Positions 53,601 to 64,000 of a stretch of 64,000 bases of DNA are shown here, piece after piece. The stretch covers positions 196,604,001 through 196,668,000 of the forward strand of contig NC_058368.1 of assembly GCF_018350175.1 (NCBI RefSeq), written 5' to 3'. Both the position numbers and the translations under genes were made by a program. This stretch comes from Felis catus. Its lineage: Eukaryota. Under the pieces are notes generated by a model. That model had not been told where the DNA came from. It searched no databases and saw only the letters and a list, made by a program, of their open reading frames with translations. The number at the start of each line of letters is the position of its first letter. The first letter of the stretch is position 1.

Positions 53601-54416
53601 TCACGAGGTCCGCCAGGATCCGAGGGCGCCAGGCCAGGCGCAAGCTCCGGGCACGAGCTGGCACCAGATGAGGGTTCTGACTCTAACTGGACCCACCCTT
53701 GCTCAGTGAGACACCGAGGGCAGAGCACGGCAGAGAAGTCCCAGAAACCTCTCCCCTCTGCTCCTCGTTACGGCTGCAGGCCGCCCTTCCCTGGGGATCA
53801 GCCTCCCGGCCGCCCGGCGCCTCTCTCGAGCATTCTGGCAGAGGGAGCGGAGCAGCTCAGTGGCAAACACCTCGCGACAGTGCATAGTTAAAAAATCAAG
53901 GAAGCGATACGATAATCCCAGGCACAGTACATCTGAGCCATAAATACGTTATTTGAAGGATATACTTTTTTTTTTTCTTCAATTAAAAATGTGTTTATAA
54001 TCCTGATTCTATTCACGAGTAACAATTTCATCATCACATACTACGGACAAGAAATGTTATGGTGGACACGGCTGCACGTCTACGAGGGAAGTCGGTCGGG
54101 AAGGAAGGGGGAGATGGGTGACTGACCCAGCACTTGGAGGCGCACCCCCGGGGCCACCCGCCGGAAGCGAGGACACTAAGTGGCAGTGGGACATCAACAC
54201 CATGGAAACTCACAGACAGAAGCAGCTTTGTTCAATGTAAACATTGATTTTTTTTTTTTTTTAAAAGGACAGCAGTCTCAAGTGTCTCTCTCACGTGTGT
54301 TCTCTCACGCGCTCGCTCTCTCGCCTTCTCATATACTTAATTTCTTTGAAAACGTAAACATATTGGAAGGGCCTTGTCTGAGGTATTGAGGTATTCCTCG
54401 AAGGTTAAGGCTGTTA

Positions 54417-54517
54417 TCAATGCAGGCTCTGCTGGGCCTCCTTCAGTAAGCTGTCAAAATCCATGGCTTCGTACTTGTTTTTCACGGATGCAGGAAGGGT
54501 CTCTTCTGAATTGGAAT
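54417..54517 (-). CDS. PPARGC1B: PPARGC1B last exon (12) coding part, [37 protein letters not shown]
   Basis: cccag|AT acceptor; 101 bp; PGC-1 family C-terminal [10 protein letters not shown] motif; TGA followed by TAA. Confidence 0.97.
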
Positions 54518-55492
54518 CTGGGCAGGGGGTGGAGGAGTCAAGGAGAGGGGAAGGCAGTGAGCCACTCGGAAAGGCCAGGCGATCGGAAAATCTGCCACTG
54601 GGGTCAGCCCCATGGGGTGCATGTGGCCCCAGGCCTCCAAGAACACCAGACAGCAAGAATCACCTTTGCCATTCTACCGTGACACCTCTGCCCTGTCGTC
54701 AGTGTCTCCCGGCCTCGGCTGCCCTGTTTCTAGAATGGGGTGGCCTGAACCAGAGCACCCTAGAGCTCCTTCCTAGCTCCGATATCCCATTAATCTATTT
54801 CCCTAAGAGCTTCCTGCTGGTTAGTGAACCGCTGCGGAGGTCACGGAAGGTGGCCACCAGAGCTAGGATGCCCTCATTGTAGAGATACGGAAGCAGGTCC
54901 CCACGGGTGGCCGTGCAGCCAGGTGGAGCACTGCCCGGCCTGGAATCCTCCTCGGTTTACTCACACTCAGCCCCGTACTACGGAGCCCGTGTCAGACTCT
55001 CCTCTACAGATAATTCTCTCCTAAATTGTACTTCTTTGTCCTTCTTCACCAACTCCTCTCCAAATGTGGGAGCACGGTGACAGTATTATTTCATTGTGGC
55101 CCATTAATGGACAAGGCTGCCTGCTGCCTGTTGGGGTCACCATGGAATGCCCCTCAAGGCGGCAGTGCAGCCACTGGCCCTGTGAGGTCAAAGAGACAGT
55201 AACCATCGTTCCACCAGCTGGCTGTGAACACAAGACTAGACCTTCCAAGTGGCCACAGGAGGCTTGAATCTGGTACCCGTCTTGGGAGAGGACAAGATGG
55301 ACCAGAGACCAGAAGAAAAGCAAGATGGCGGCCTCCAGGTGAAGTGGCTGCAAAGTTACCCAATCGGCACATTAGAGCTTTGGTGTGGGCACTGGGTCCA
55401 GAGGGGGCTTTGGGTGTGGGTTTCATTAGAGGAGGTCACTGCCCCTCATGCCTTGGGTCTCACTGGAAGGTGGCGGGGCCTTGTGTACTTAC

Positions 55493-55647
55493 CATAGTCA
55501 GTGTGTCTGGGCCAGCAAAAGTGCTGGAGCCCTCCGTAGCTCAGCTGGAAGGAGGGCTCGTTGCGTTTCCGCAGGGCAGCGCCATTCCTCAGAGACAGGG
55601 CAGCGTGCTCAGAACACCGGTAGGTGATGAAGCCATACTTCTCGCCT
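55493..55647 (-). CDS. PPARGC1B: PPARGC1B exon 11 (RRM second half), [51 protein letters not shown]
   Basis: cacag|A, G|gtaagt; 155 bp; RNP1-like KYGFITY. Confidence 0.97.
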
Positions 55648-56774
55648 CTGTGGGGAGAGGTCAGGGGGAGCATGTTACTGGGCCAGCTTGATTCATACCC
55701 TCAGACCACCCATTACCAGAGGCAGAGCAGAAAGCCACACTGATTCAGTAACCATGGCCGCTTGCCCCCCGGCCGCCCCAATACAGATGAGGGCAGTCGC
55801 TAGGCTGACCTCTACTGTGTGAGAACAGTAAGAGCAGGTGATTCCCAGAACGTCTGCCGGGCGCCTCACTCTTCAGACCACCCTGCCAGTGGCCACTGGC
55901 ATTTTCTCCCCGCTCAGGGATGAGGAAAACAGGCTCTGCGGAGTTCAGAATTTGCCCCAAGGCGATGGCAGGCAGGGCATTTAAACTCAGGCCTCCCACC
56001 ATGAAAGCTGATGTACTTCTCTTGGACCTGTGGCACCTAGGCCCCCACCCTTCCCTCCTGCCTCCTTCAAAGCCAGCCTCAGCTACCAGCACCTTGGCTG
56101 CTGCTGACTTAGCCTCCCCCTTCCCTAGTACAGCTGGCATTCTGTACACATCATCCTTTATGGTGAACACCTCTCTGCTTGCTCAGCAACTGGGCCACGT
56201 GTTCAGCCGGGCTCAGGGCACCAGGGGATGTCACACGACGGTGGCCCTCCCTGGCCACGGTGATGCATTCAAGGATGAGCCTGTCGCCCAAAGCAGAGCC
56301 TCAAAGAGTGCATCCCAGCTCTTGGCCCCAACTGTGAGGGAGACTCCTGCTGCCCCTGGTAGGAGGTACGTAAGCTTAGACGTGGAGGCGGCCATTTTGC
56401 CACCCGAGGGAAGCCTGCTTGAGAAGGGTGCTGAGGCGAAGGGGGGCCTAAGGTGGGTCCTTTCCCCAGCTCCTCAGCTCCACAAACAGCAAGAAAAAGA
56501 ATCCTGACCGATCTGTCCCTCTGCTGCGTGCACTCCTCAGGGCAGAGACAATGTGGACTTCTGCTACGGCTCGCGACAGGCCTACCGACACTAGGCGCCT
56601 AATAAGTACTCAGCTGGCTCACATTTCCTGACACCTCTCTGAACCAGGCCAAGGTTGGACCCCTTCTGCCTCTTTCAACGTCCAAGCCTGCTTGCTTCAT
56701 TTTTGCACGTTCTCTTTGTTTGACGTCCTGAAGACTGCACAGAACTTAAAACCATCCTATTTGTGTAACGACTT

Positions 56775-57615
56775 TCTCTTTTTAAGTTGTGGTAGAAACA
56801 CAGAACCCACAAAGTACCATTTTTATGGTTTTTAAGTGTGCAATTCAGTAGTGTTAAGTGTATTCACGCTGCTGTGAACGGATCTCCACCTTCTCTGCTT
56901 GCTGTTCCCAGGAAGCTGACTACTGCCGACACCTCACAGAAGTGGAACCCATACAGCATTTGTCCCCTCGTGGCTGATTATTTCACGTAGCCTAATGAGG
57001 TTATCCGTGATTGTCAAGGTTCATCCGTGCTTGCAGCATGCGACGGACTGCCCTTTTTTTTTTTTTTTAATGTTTAAAATATTTATTTTTGAGACAGAGA
57101 GAGAGAAAGAGAGGGAGACACAGAATCCAAAGGGGGCTCCAGGCTCCCTCCGGCTGTCAGCACACAGCCCGACACGGGGCTCGAACTCACGGAGTGTGAG
57201 ATCATGACCTGAGCTGAAGTTGGACGCTTAACTGATGGAGCCACTCGGGCGCCCAAGATTTCCTTCCTTTCTAAAGCTGAATAATATTCCTTTGTTTGCA
57301 TGTACTACATGTTGTTTCCCCATTTATGAGCCAATGGGCATGGGGGTGGTTCCCCCTTCTTGGTTATTGTGAATAATGCTCCTATAAACAGGGGCATGAG
57401 AATATCTCTTTGAGATCTCTTGTTTTCAGTTCTCTTAAGTATATACGCACGGGTGGGATTGCTGGATCGGGTGGTAATTCTATATTTAACTTTTTGAAGA
57501 ACCTCCATACCATTTTCCATTGTGGCCGCACCATTTTACCTTCCCACCAACAGTGCACCGGGTTCCGATTTCTCCACATCCTTGCCAACACTTGTTATTT
57601 TCTGGAGCCACCTTA
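56775..57615 (-). mobile_element. L1MA-like 3' end with a nested - strand Can-SINE (57054-57254)
   Basis: gggattgctggatc...ctccacatccttgccaacac L1 3'UTR text. Confidence 0.8.
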
Positions 57616-57763
57616 ATGGATGTGACCTGTGTAATGATCCCTATGTAGAAACAAGTTTCTCAATGAAGTTTTTAAAACGATTATTAAATTTGAATTTAAA
57701 AACCTTCAAAGCTCAGTTGGCAAATACGATGGGAGATACTTTAGAGTTATTTCAAAACTGACA

Positions 57764-57988
57764 GGGGCGCCTGGGTGGCGCAGTCGGTTAAGCGTCCGAC
57801 TTCAGCCAGGTCACGATCTCGCGGTCCGTGGGTTCGAGCCCCGCGTCGGGCTCTGGGCTGATGGCTCGGAGCCTGGAGCCTGCTTCCGATTCTGTGTCTC
57901 CCTCTCTCTCTGCCCCTCCCCCGTTCATGCTCTGTCTCTCTCTGTCCCCAAAATAAATAAACGTTGAAAAAAAATTAAAAAAAAAAAA
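57764..57988 (+). mobile_element. Young felid SINEC_Fc-type SINE
   Basis: Nearly identical to 42835-43047; TSD aaaactgaca. Confidence 0.93.
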
Positions 57989-58623
57989 CTGACAAAGTTT
58001 TGACATCTAGGTCGTGCGTTTACGTGCAACCTATGCTTCCTGCATGCGGGTTCCCTGACAGATGAACGCTGCTTCCCCAGGTGAGTGAGGAGAAACAAAG
58101 ATTCCCAGCAGAATAAAGGGTCTGAACTGGCTGCTCTGGAGGAACAGAGGGGCATGAGTGGCACGGGTCCTTGCAGGGCAGTGTGGTTCCTGTGTAAGTG
58201 TCCCTTTAAGCCCCGGGGGCTGTTTGCTGCCCTATATCAGAGTGGAGACCTAAAGCAGCTATGAGAGCTGCAGATTTGACTCTGCTACTAACTAGCTGCT
58301 CAGTTAATCTGTCTGAGCTGCCCGGGAAGGGAAAGCAATAGAAAGAATGAGTGCATATGTCACAGGCAGGTTAGAGCGTTTTTAAGAGAAGGCACAGGAT
58401 TTGCCTGGCAGTCAGCAAACCATCAGTGGGAGTTTACTGCTTATTATTGGGCCACACGGTTGTTACTGGACCTCCCGTGGGACCTGGCTCTCCAGGTCCA
58501 GGCCGCGGATCTCATCAGATTTGTCCTGCGGATCTTCTCCGGCATCTTCTGTGTGGCCGGCCCTGGACGGGGACCCCTGCCCTTCCCCACTCCCCTCTCC
58601 TGCAACAGCTTGACCGGACTCAC

Positions 58624-58745
58624 CTGTTGTTTCTCGTCAGCACCTGGCACTCCACAATCTCACCGAACACTTCGAAGCGCCTCTTCAGCTCTCGGGAGCT
58701 CATGTCACTGGAGAGATTGCGAACATATACCACACGGCCTTCACC
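58624..58745 (-). CDS. PPARGC1B: PPARGC1B exon 10 (RRM first half), [41 protein letters not shown]
   Basis: gagcag|GGT, AG|gtgagt; 122 bp; RNP2-like VYVRNL. Confidence 0.97.
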
Positions 58746-59141
58746 CTGCTCAAGGAGGGAAACACACAGAAACCCAGTCATTTTCTGGCTTCCTGGGACC
58801 CGCTTGATGGGGGGCTTCCACGGAGTCCTAGGCCTCAGCCCACGATGTCCGGCTGAGTGGGTAACACTAACTGGGGCCGGAATCAGAGAGAGGACAATGA
58901 CGACCCCTCTCCGGAAGAGCTGCCTTGTTGGAGGAGGGGGCTGCTAAGTGTCGGACGGGGAAGTGGCTTTAAAGGGAGCAAATGCTCACTTGAAGGAAAT
59001 GAGAAGAGAATGGACAGAGGCGGGGGGGGGGGGTTTATCATCATTAATCTAACTGCTTACTCATAACTGCTTACTCATATTTGTGTTTGGAGTCTGGGAT
59101 TTTTTCTGGGTAGTGGGGAGGGGATAGGAAGGCAAGCTGCC

Positions 59142-59256
59142 GGGGCATCTAGATGGCTCAGTCGGTTAAGCGTCCAACTTTGGCTCAGGTGGTGAACTCG
59201 AGGGTCTGGGGTTTGAGCCCCATGCTGGGCTCTGTGCTGACAGGGTGGAGCCTGAG

Positions 59257-59291
<35 letters not shown>

Positions 59292-59368
59292 CCTCCCCCA
59301 CTTGCACTCTGTCTCTCTCTCAAAAATAAAGAAACATTAAAAAAAAAAAAAAAAAGAAGAAAGAAAGA
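59142..59368 (+). mobile_element. Can-SINE
   Basis: TSD aaggcaa(g/a)ctgccg; (CT)n tract. Confidence 0.9.
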
Positions 59369-61067
59369 AAGGCAAACTGCCGAGGATGGGAATGGGCAGG
59401 CACGGGAAACCAGGTCGTTGTGGGGGTCACAGTGAGCTGGGAGGAAGGCAGTGGGACCAGGACACAGGTCTTGGGGTCACCGCTATCCTCAGTCTTGCCA
59501 GGGCAGTGCATACTGTGACTAAGGGGTCACTTCAGGTGAGCCGGGTGCCACGCTGCGGGCCCCTAGAAGAGCCCAGCAGAAGGAGGGGTGGGGAGCAACC
59601 CAGGATGGAATGTGCCCTCCCCTCCCCTCCAATCTGTGACTGGATCCAGTGAATGCCATCGCTGCTCTGACCCGCTGGAGAAACTCCGGCTGCGTCCTGG
59701 AAACCTGTGCTCTCGTGGGTGAAAGTGATAGGTTCTGGTTTGGACAGGCTTTCTCCGGGCAACAGGTTAAAGCCATCTGGAACCACCCCACTCTCACCTC
59801 CCAGCTGGCAGGGAGGAAAGCAAGGCGCAGGGGCCACAGCAGGCCTCCGCTGTCAACCATGGGGACCGGGTTCTGCTCAGTGTAGGAATCCCCTCCCCCA
59901 GCCTCCTTGCAGCTCCTTACTCTGGGAAGTTCTTTCCTGCCTCTGCCCCATGGTTCTCCTGAAACTACGTGGTGGCTCCTTTCATCTGTCAGGGTCTAGC
60001 TCCTCGCAGATGTCCTTCCTCGACTGCCATGTAAACACATCCTCCCCACTAGTCAAAACACGACTGTTTGTTTCAGAGCGTTTAGCCTCACGTGATTAAT
60101 TCCACCGCGCCTCTCCCAATCTCTGATTACAGTGTTCGTTCCTTGCTTACGAGTCTGGTGCCTTTCTCTCCCTTCTGCCCCAACCACGGGAATGAGGACC
60201 TTGTCGGTCTTGTTCGTGCCAGGCACGGCCCCACTGCTGAATGGTCACACGTGGAATCCAAGGTGATGCTCCAGGCACGGCCTGCGGTTGTAAGTACCTG
60301 CCCGCAGGCAGCTGGGTACCTCTGGGGTACACACACCTCATGTGTCCTCCCTGCTTCTGCCCGGAAGTGCCAGTTATGCAGGAAAGCAATCAAGTGCAAG
60401 CCTGTTTGTCTTTCTGAGCATCTGTCTTACTTTCTCTTCCCTTCTTTCTAGTGACATGGAGGGGGTGGCTCCGGCTCCCCGCTGCAGATTCCTGATGAAT
60501 TTTCTCTAGGTGCTTTGCAGTGGGTTCACCAGGCACAGCCTGGGCCCATAAACTAACTCTGGGGGAAGATCAGGGGGGTCAGTAGGAAGCAAGAAGCAGG
60601 CTTCTCCTGGTCCCTCAGACCAGATCAAGCTGGGGGACGCTTAGGAAGGACAAGGCCCAACTCCTTTGTGTATGGATGAGTAAACTGAGGCTCAGGGAAG
60701 CTGGGAGACCTGCCCAAGGTCACACAGAGGGTGGTACCAGGGCTGGTTTGTGGCCTGGCTGGCCCTGCTCTGCTCCCCCCCGCCCCCAACCGCAGCCTGC
60801 CCTCTCGGCCCTGCTAAGCCTCTGACGTTCAGCCCTAAAATCACCACCCACTACATGCCTCACTGCCAGTCCCTCGGCTGCACTTTGCACGATGCCACCT
60901 CTGATGCCCTTTGGTGACCCTGGTGCCTCTTGAAGTGAGAGAAACGTGACTATCTTCTGCAGGCCACAGCTGGCCTCAAAGAGCTTCGGGTCTATGAAGC
61001 CCCTGCACGTCCTGATGCCCCTGCTCTTCCCCATTCACTCCGGGCTCCGGGGCCCCAGATCACTTAC

Positions 61068-61143
61068 AATGGCCTTTTCCCGCCGCTTCCTGGCATGCCG
61101 GACACTTGGCGTTCCGTCTGAACACGGTCCTCTGCTCTCACAT
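61068..61143 (-). CDS. PPARGC1B: PPARGC1B exon 9, [25 protein letters not shown]
   Basis: gacag|A, ATT|gtaagt; 76 bp; phase 0 into exon 10. Confidence 0.95.
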
Positions 61144-62410
61144 CTGTCGGTGAACAAGCAAACCAGAGGCACTCACTCACAGGAGGGACCACGGCAGGGT
61201 GGGCGGGTGGAGTTGCTCCCGGAAGCGAGGCATGCTTCTTTAGAACTTGCTCATGAAGGCAGAAGGAGCCCAGCACGCCCCCCCCCCGCGCCCCGTCCCC
61301 CGTCCCCAGCAGTGGCATGGGGCTGGGCATGGCTCTGTACAATGTGACCGGCGCCTCTGGCCAGCCTCTAGGACGAGATCACTGGGAATCACCGTGTCGC
61401 GAAATCCCAACCCGTCTGAACCTCGCCTTTTTATGCCATTAAGGGTGGAAAGGCCCTCTCACTTCATCACTGTCTGGGGCCTGATGGGGGGAAAACAACC
61501 TTTGAGGTCTTACATGTCCCCATTTTCCAGATGAAAACCCTGAGGCTCAGGTTCAATATGGGTTTGCCTAAGGATGGAACGTGGGGAAGCCAGAGCCAGA
61601 AGGAGGTCTGCTGATCCTGGACCCACTGCTGTCTAGTGGCTGGAGCCCAGGCACGAGGCAACCCGGCCCTCACAGCCCCCACGTCCAGTCTGGCTATCAG
61701 GCTCAGCAGCCCGCATGCGCCGCCCGGGGAGACCCCTGGGTGCCACACGCCTGCGTCTTCCCGCCTGTCTGCACACCGCCTCCTCCCCCAGAGAGCCGGG
61801 CTGCTGGACTGGAAGGAGCACAGCATGGGAGGCAGGGGGGAGTCCGGGCTCTGCACATACTGTCTGCGTCCTTGGGAAATACAGCACGCAGGATAAGAAC
61901 ACAGGCTCTCCGGTCAGACAGCCTGCGTTCGTTCGCATCCCGCATCCCGGCTCTGCCACCTCCTGCTGGGCGACCTTGGGCTAGTTACTCACCTCCCCTT
62001 AGCCTGAGTTCTTCAACTGTAAACAGGGAGAACTGACCGTACTGCCATCTTGGCCATTTGTGAGGATCAAATCAGAAAATGCTCGGCTCAAGACCTGCTC
62101 AATAATTACTTGCTATGGTTTTCTATCGAACCTCTTTGAGCCTCAGCTTCCTCATCTATGAAATGGGGGTAAGAAGCAGATGCGCCCTCCAAGAGCATCT
62201 GCGAAGCTAAACAGGGTAATAGAAGGGGGTATGACTTGCAAACTTTAAAGTGCAACAAATCGCAGTGTCATCATCCATTGGTAACACACTGACAGTTCCC
62301 CCACCTGAACTGTTGAGAGTGACCGAAAGGTACTGTGGGGTTTGTGTTGTGACACCAGCTCAGAGCTGGGGTCGGAAGCACAGGTTTAAGAAATGTGAGC
62401 CTGGGGGGGG

Positions 62411-62630
62411 GTGGTGCCTGGGTGGCTCAGCTGGTGGAACGTCCGACTTCAGCTCAGGTCATGATCTCATGGTTTGTGAGTTTGAGCCCCGCATTGGGCT
62501 CTATGCTGACAGCTCAGAGCCTGGGGCCTGCTTTGGATTCTGTCTCCTTCTCTCTCTGCCCCTCCCCACATGTGCTCTGTTTCTCTGTCTCTCAAAAATA
62601 AACAGATGTTAAAAAAAAATTTTTTTTTTA
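62411..62630 (+). mobile_element. Can-SINE
   Basis: TSD aaatgtgagcc. Confidence 0.9.
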
Positions 62631-64000
62631 AATGTGAGCCCGGAGAAGGCTGATGACTCCTTTACCAGGCTTGCCAGGCACCAAGCTCTGCCAGCTGAGC
62701 AAAAACCGAGTCAACCAATTAATTTTCTCCAGTGAGCACAAAAAGCCAGCCCTGAACTTGGCCCAAAAGCAAGAAGAGGAAAAGGCAAATCCATGGGAGT
62801 TTCTAGAGAGGCTCGCAGCTCTTTGCAGGCAAGTTCATGAATACAGGCCCTGCCCTGACACCCCTGAGCCGGTCAGGAGGGAAAGGAGGCCAGGAAGCCC
62901 CAGCTCCAGCCTCGGAGGATGTGCTTCAAAAACAAGAGAACCTTTCGTAGCTTCTGAGCTACTCAATGTTGCAGAGGAAGCTGCCTAATGTGGACGCCTA
63001 GTCACTTAAGTCCCCGTGACCCTTGGGAGAAGGAGAATGGAGCCAGAGAGAGGTCTGACCAATCACCCTGGCTTATTACAGAGAAGGGCTTTTAGAGAAA
63101 TCGCTAGGGAAACTCATTTTGATTAACAGGTAGTTCAGGGCTTCTTAACATTAGTGTCAGGGGAGTCTACAACCCCCCTCAAACTGAATGCCCAGTTACA
63201 GGTCTACATACATTTTAAAGGGAAGAAAAGTGTTTGCTTTAATCAGATTTTCAGGCGGTTAAGAGCTACTGGCGTAGATACATAACTACAAAGCAGAGTT
63301 TTTCTACGAGAAGATACTTTTCTATTACCTGAATTCTAGTTCTCAGAGTATGGCACTCTGGTGACATCATCACCCGGGAGCTAGTTAGAACTGCGGATAC
63401 CCCCCCCCCCCCGCCCCCATGTACAGATTGAGACACCGGGCGGGTGGGGTCCACGCAGCTGCAAGGTAACAAGCCCTCCAGGTGGCTGCTGCATGGCTCT
63501 AGACCCAAGTGCACCATCTAGTGGTCACTCGGGTGCATGGCAGGCAGAGGATTTGGGACATGCCCTGACCCCGCTTAGGCCTCCCCAGGTCAGGTCAGGT
63601 CCTGCTGTGATCAGGGAGAGAAGCAACCTGCCTCCACCAAAATGCGCCAAACTTCCATTCTTTCCGCCCAGCTCCCCACTGACTTTTGGACCAGCTCCTT
63701 CTTTCAGACCAGTTCACTGAGCCAAGACGGTCTGAGCAAACAGGCTCATGATGCATCATCCCCGTGCGAAGGTAGAGCGGCTCCCGGGGGATCAGCTGAC
63801 TGGCTGGAAGTCCTGGCACAGCTCAGCAGGACCAAGAGATGGGAATAACCTTACTGCTGCTTTAAATCCGGGTCTTATTTTTAGAACGAAGATTAGAGTT
63901 CTGCTAATCTGCCTTTGACATGCAAAGGTCACATAGACATTAAATTGGGTCCAAAGCAGGAAATGGATGAATAAGGGACAAGTTCATTTAGACATAAAGC

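Larger units (their letters stand above)
46960..54416 (-). other. PPARGC1B: PPARGC1B long 3'UTR (~7.45 kb)
   Basis: Continuous from the stop codon to the AATAAA; no Can-SINE insertions; AU-rich ends with miRNA and PUM motifs; 3' end approximate. Confidence 0.75.

Noticed and set aside
52930..53709. 259-aa ORF on + strand, the longest in the window
   Set aside because: Antisense to the PPARGC1B 3'UTR, GC-rich, includes MIR-like sequence, low-complexity P/G/R/A composition and no recognisable domain; likely a chance ORF
55920..56507. 195-aa ORF on + strand
   Set aside because: Starts in a MIR-like repeat, antisense within PPARGC1B intron 10, no recognisable domain
60019..60050. Sequence resembling miR-30 (tgtaaacacatcctc)
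   Set aside because: Only a partial match, no evident pre-miRNA hairpin, and it sits in old repeat-like intronic DNA

Overview
Eukaryotic mammalian DNA, almost certainly a cat or other felid, given about 33 Can-SINE copies that include young SINEC_Fc-type elements. The window holds two convergent (tail-to-tail) genes. On the + strand are exons 6-22 of PDE6A (rod cGMP phosphodiesterase 6 alpha): 17 coding exons that splice in frame, with an intact [10 protein letters not shown] catalytic motif and a C-terminal CAAX (CCIQ). On the - strand are exons 9-12 of PPARGC1B (PGC-1beta), encoding the RRM and C-terminus, plus its ~7.5 kb 3'UTR. Exon numbers come from my recollection of the human gene structures; exon coordinates were read from the splice sites in this sequence. 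The rest is intronic or intergenic DNA filled with SINEs, L1/L2/MIR, LTRs and DNA-transposon relics; repeat family names were assigned by eye. I found no new multi-gene system. The most interesting details are: a GC-AG intron in PDE6A; a 41-bp minisatellite that triplicates the exon 13 branch point; a candidate alternative last exon of PPARGC1B; face-to-face poly(A) signals between the genes; an LTR-derived PDE6A poly(A) signal; composite and re-targeted SINE insertions; and a dense miRNA/Pumilio/G4 motif set in the PPARGC1B 3'UTR.
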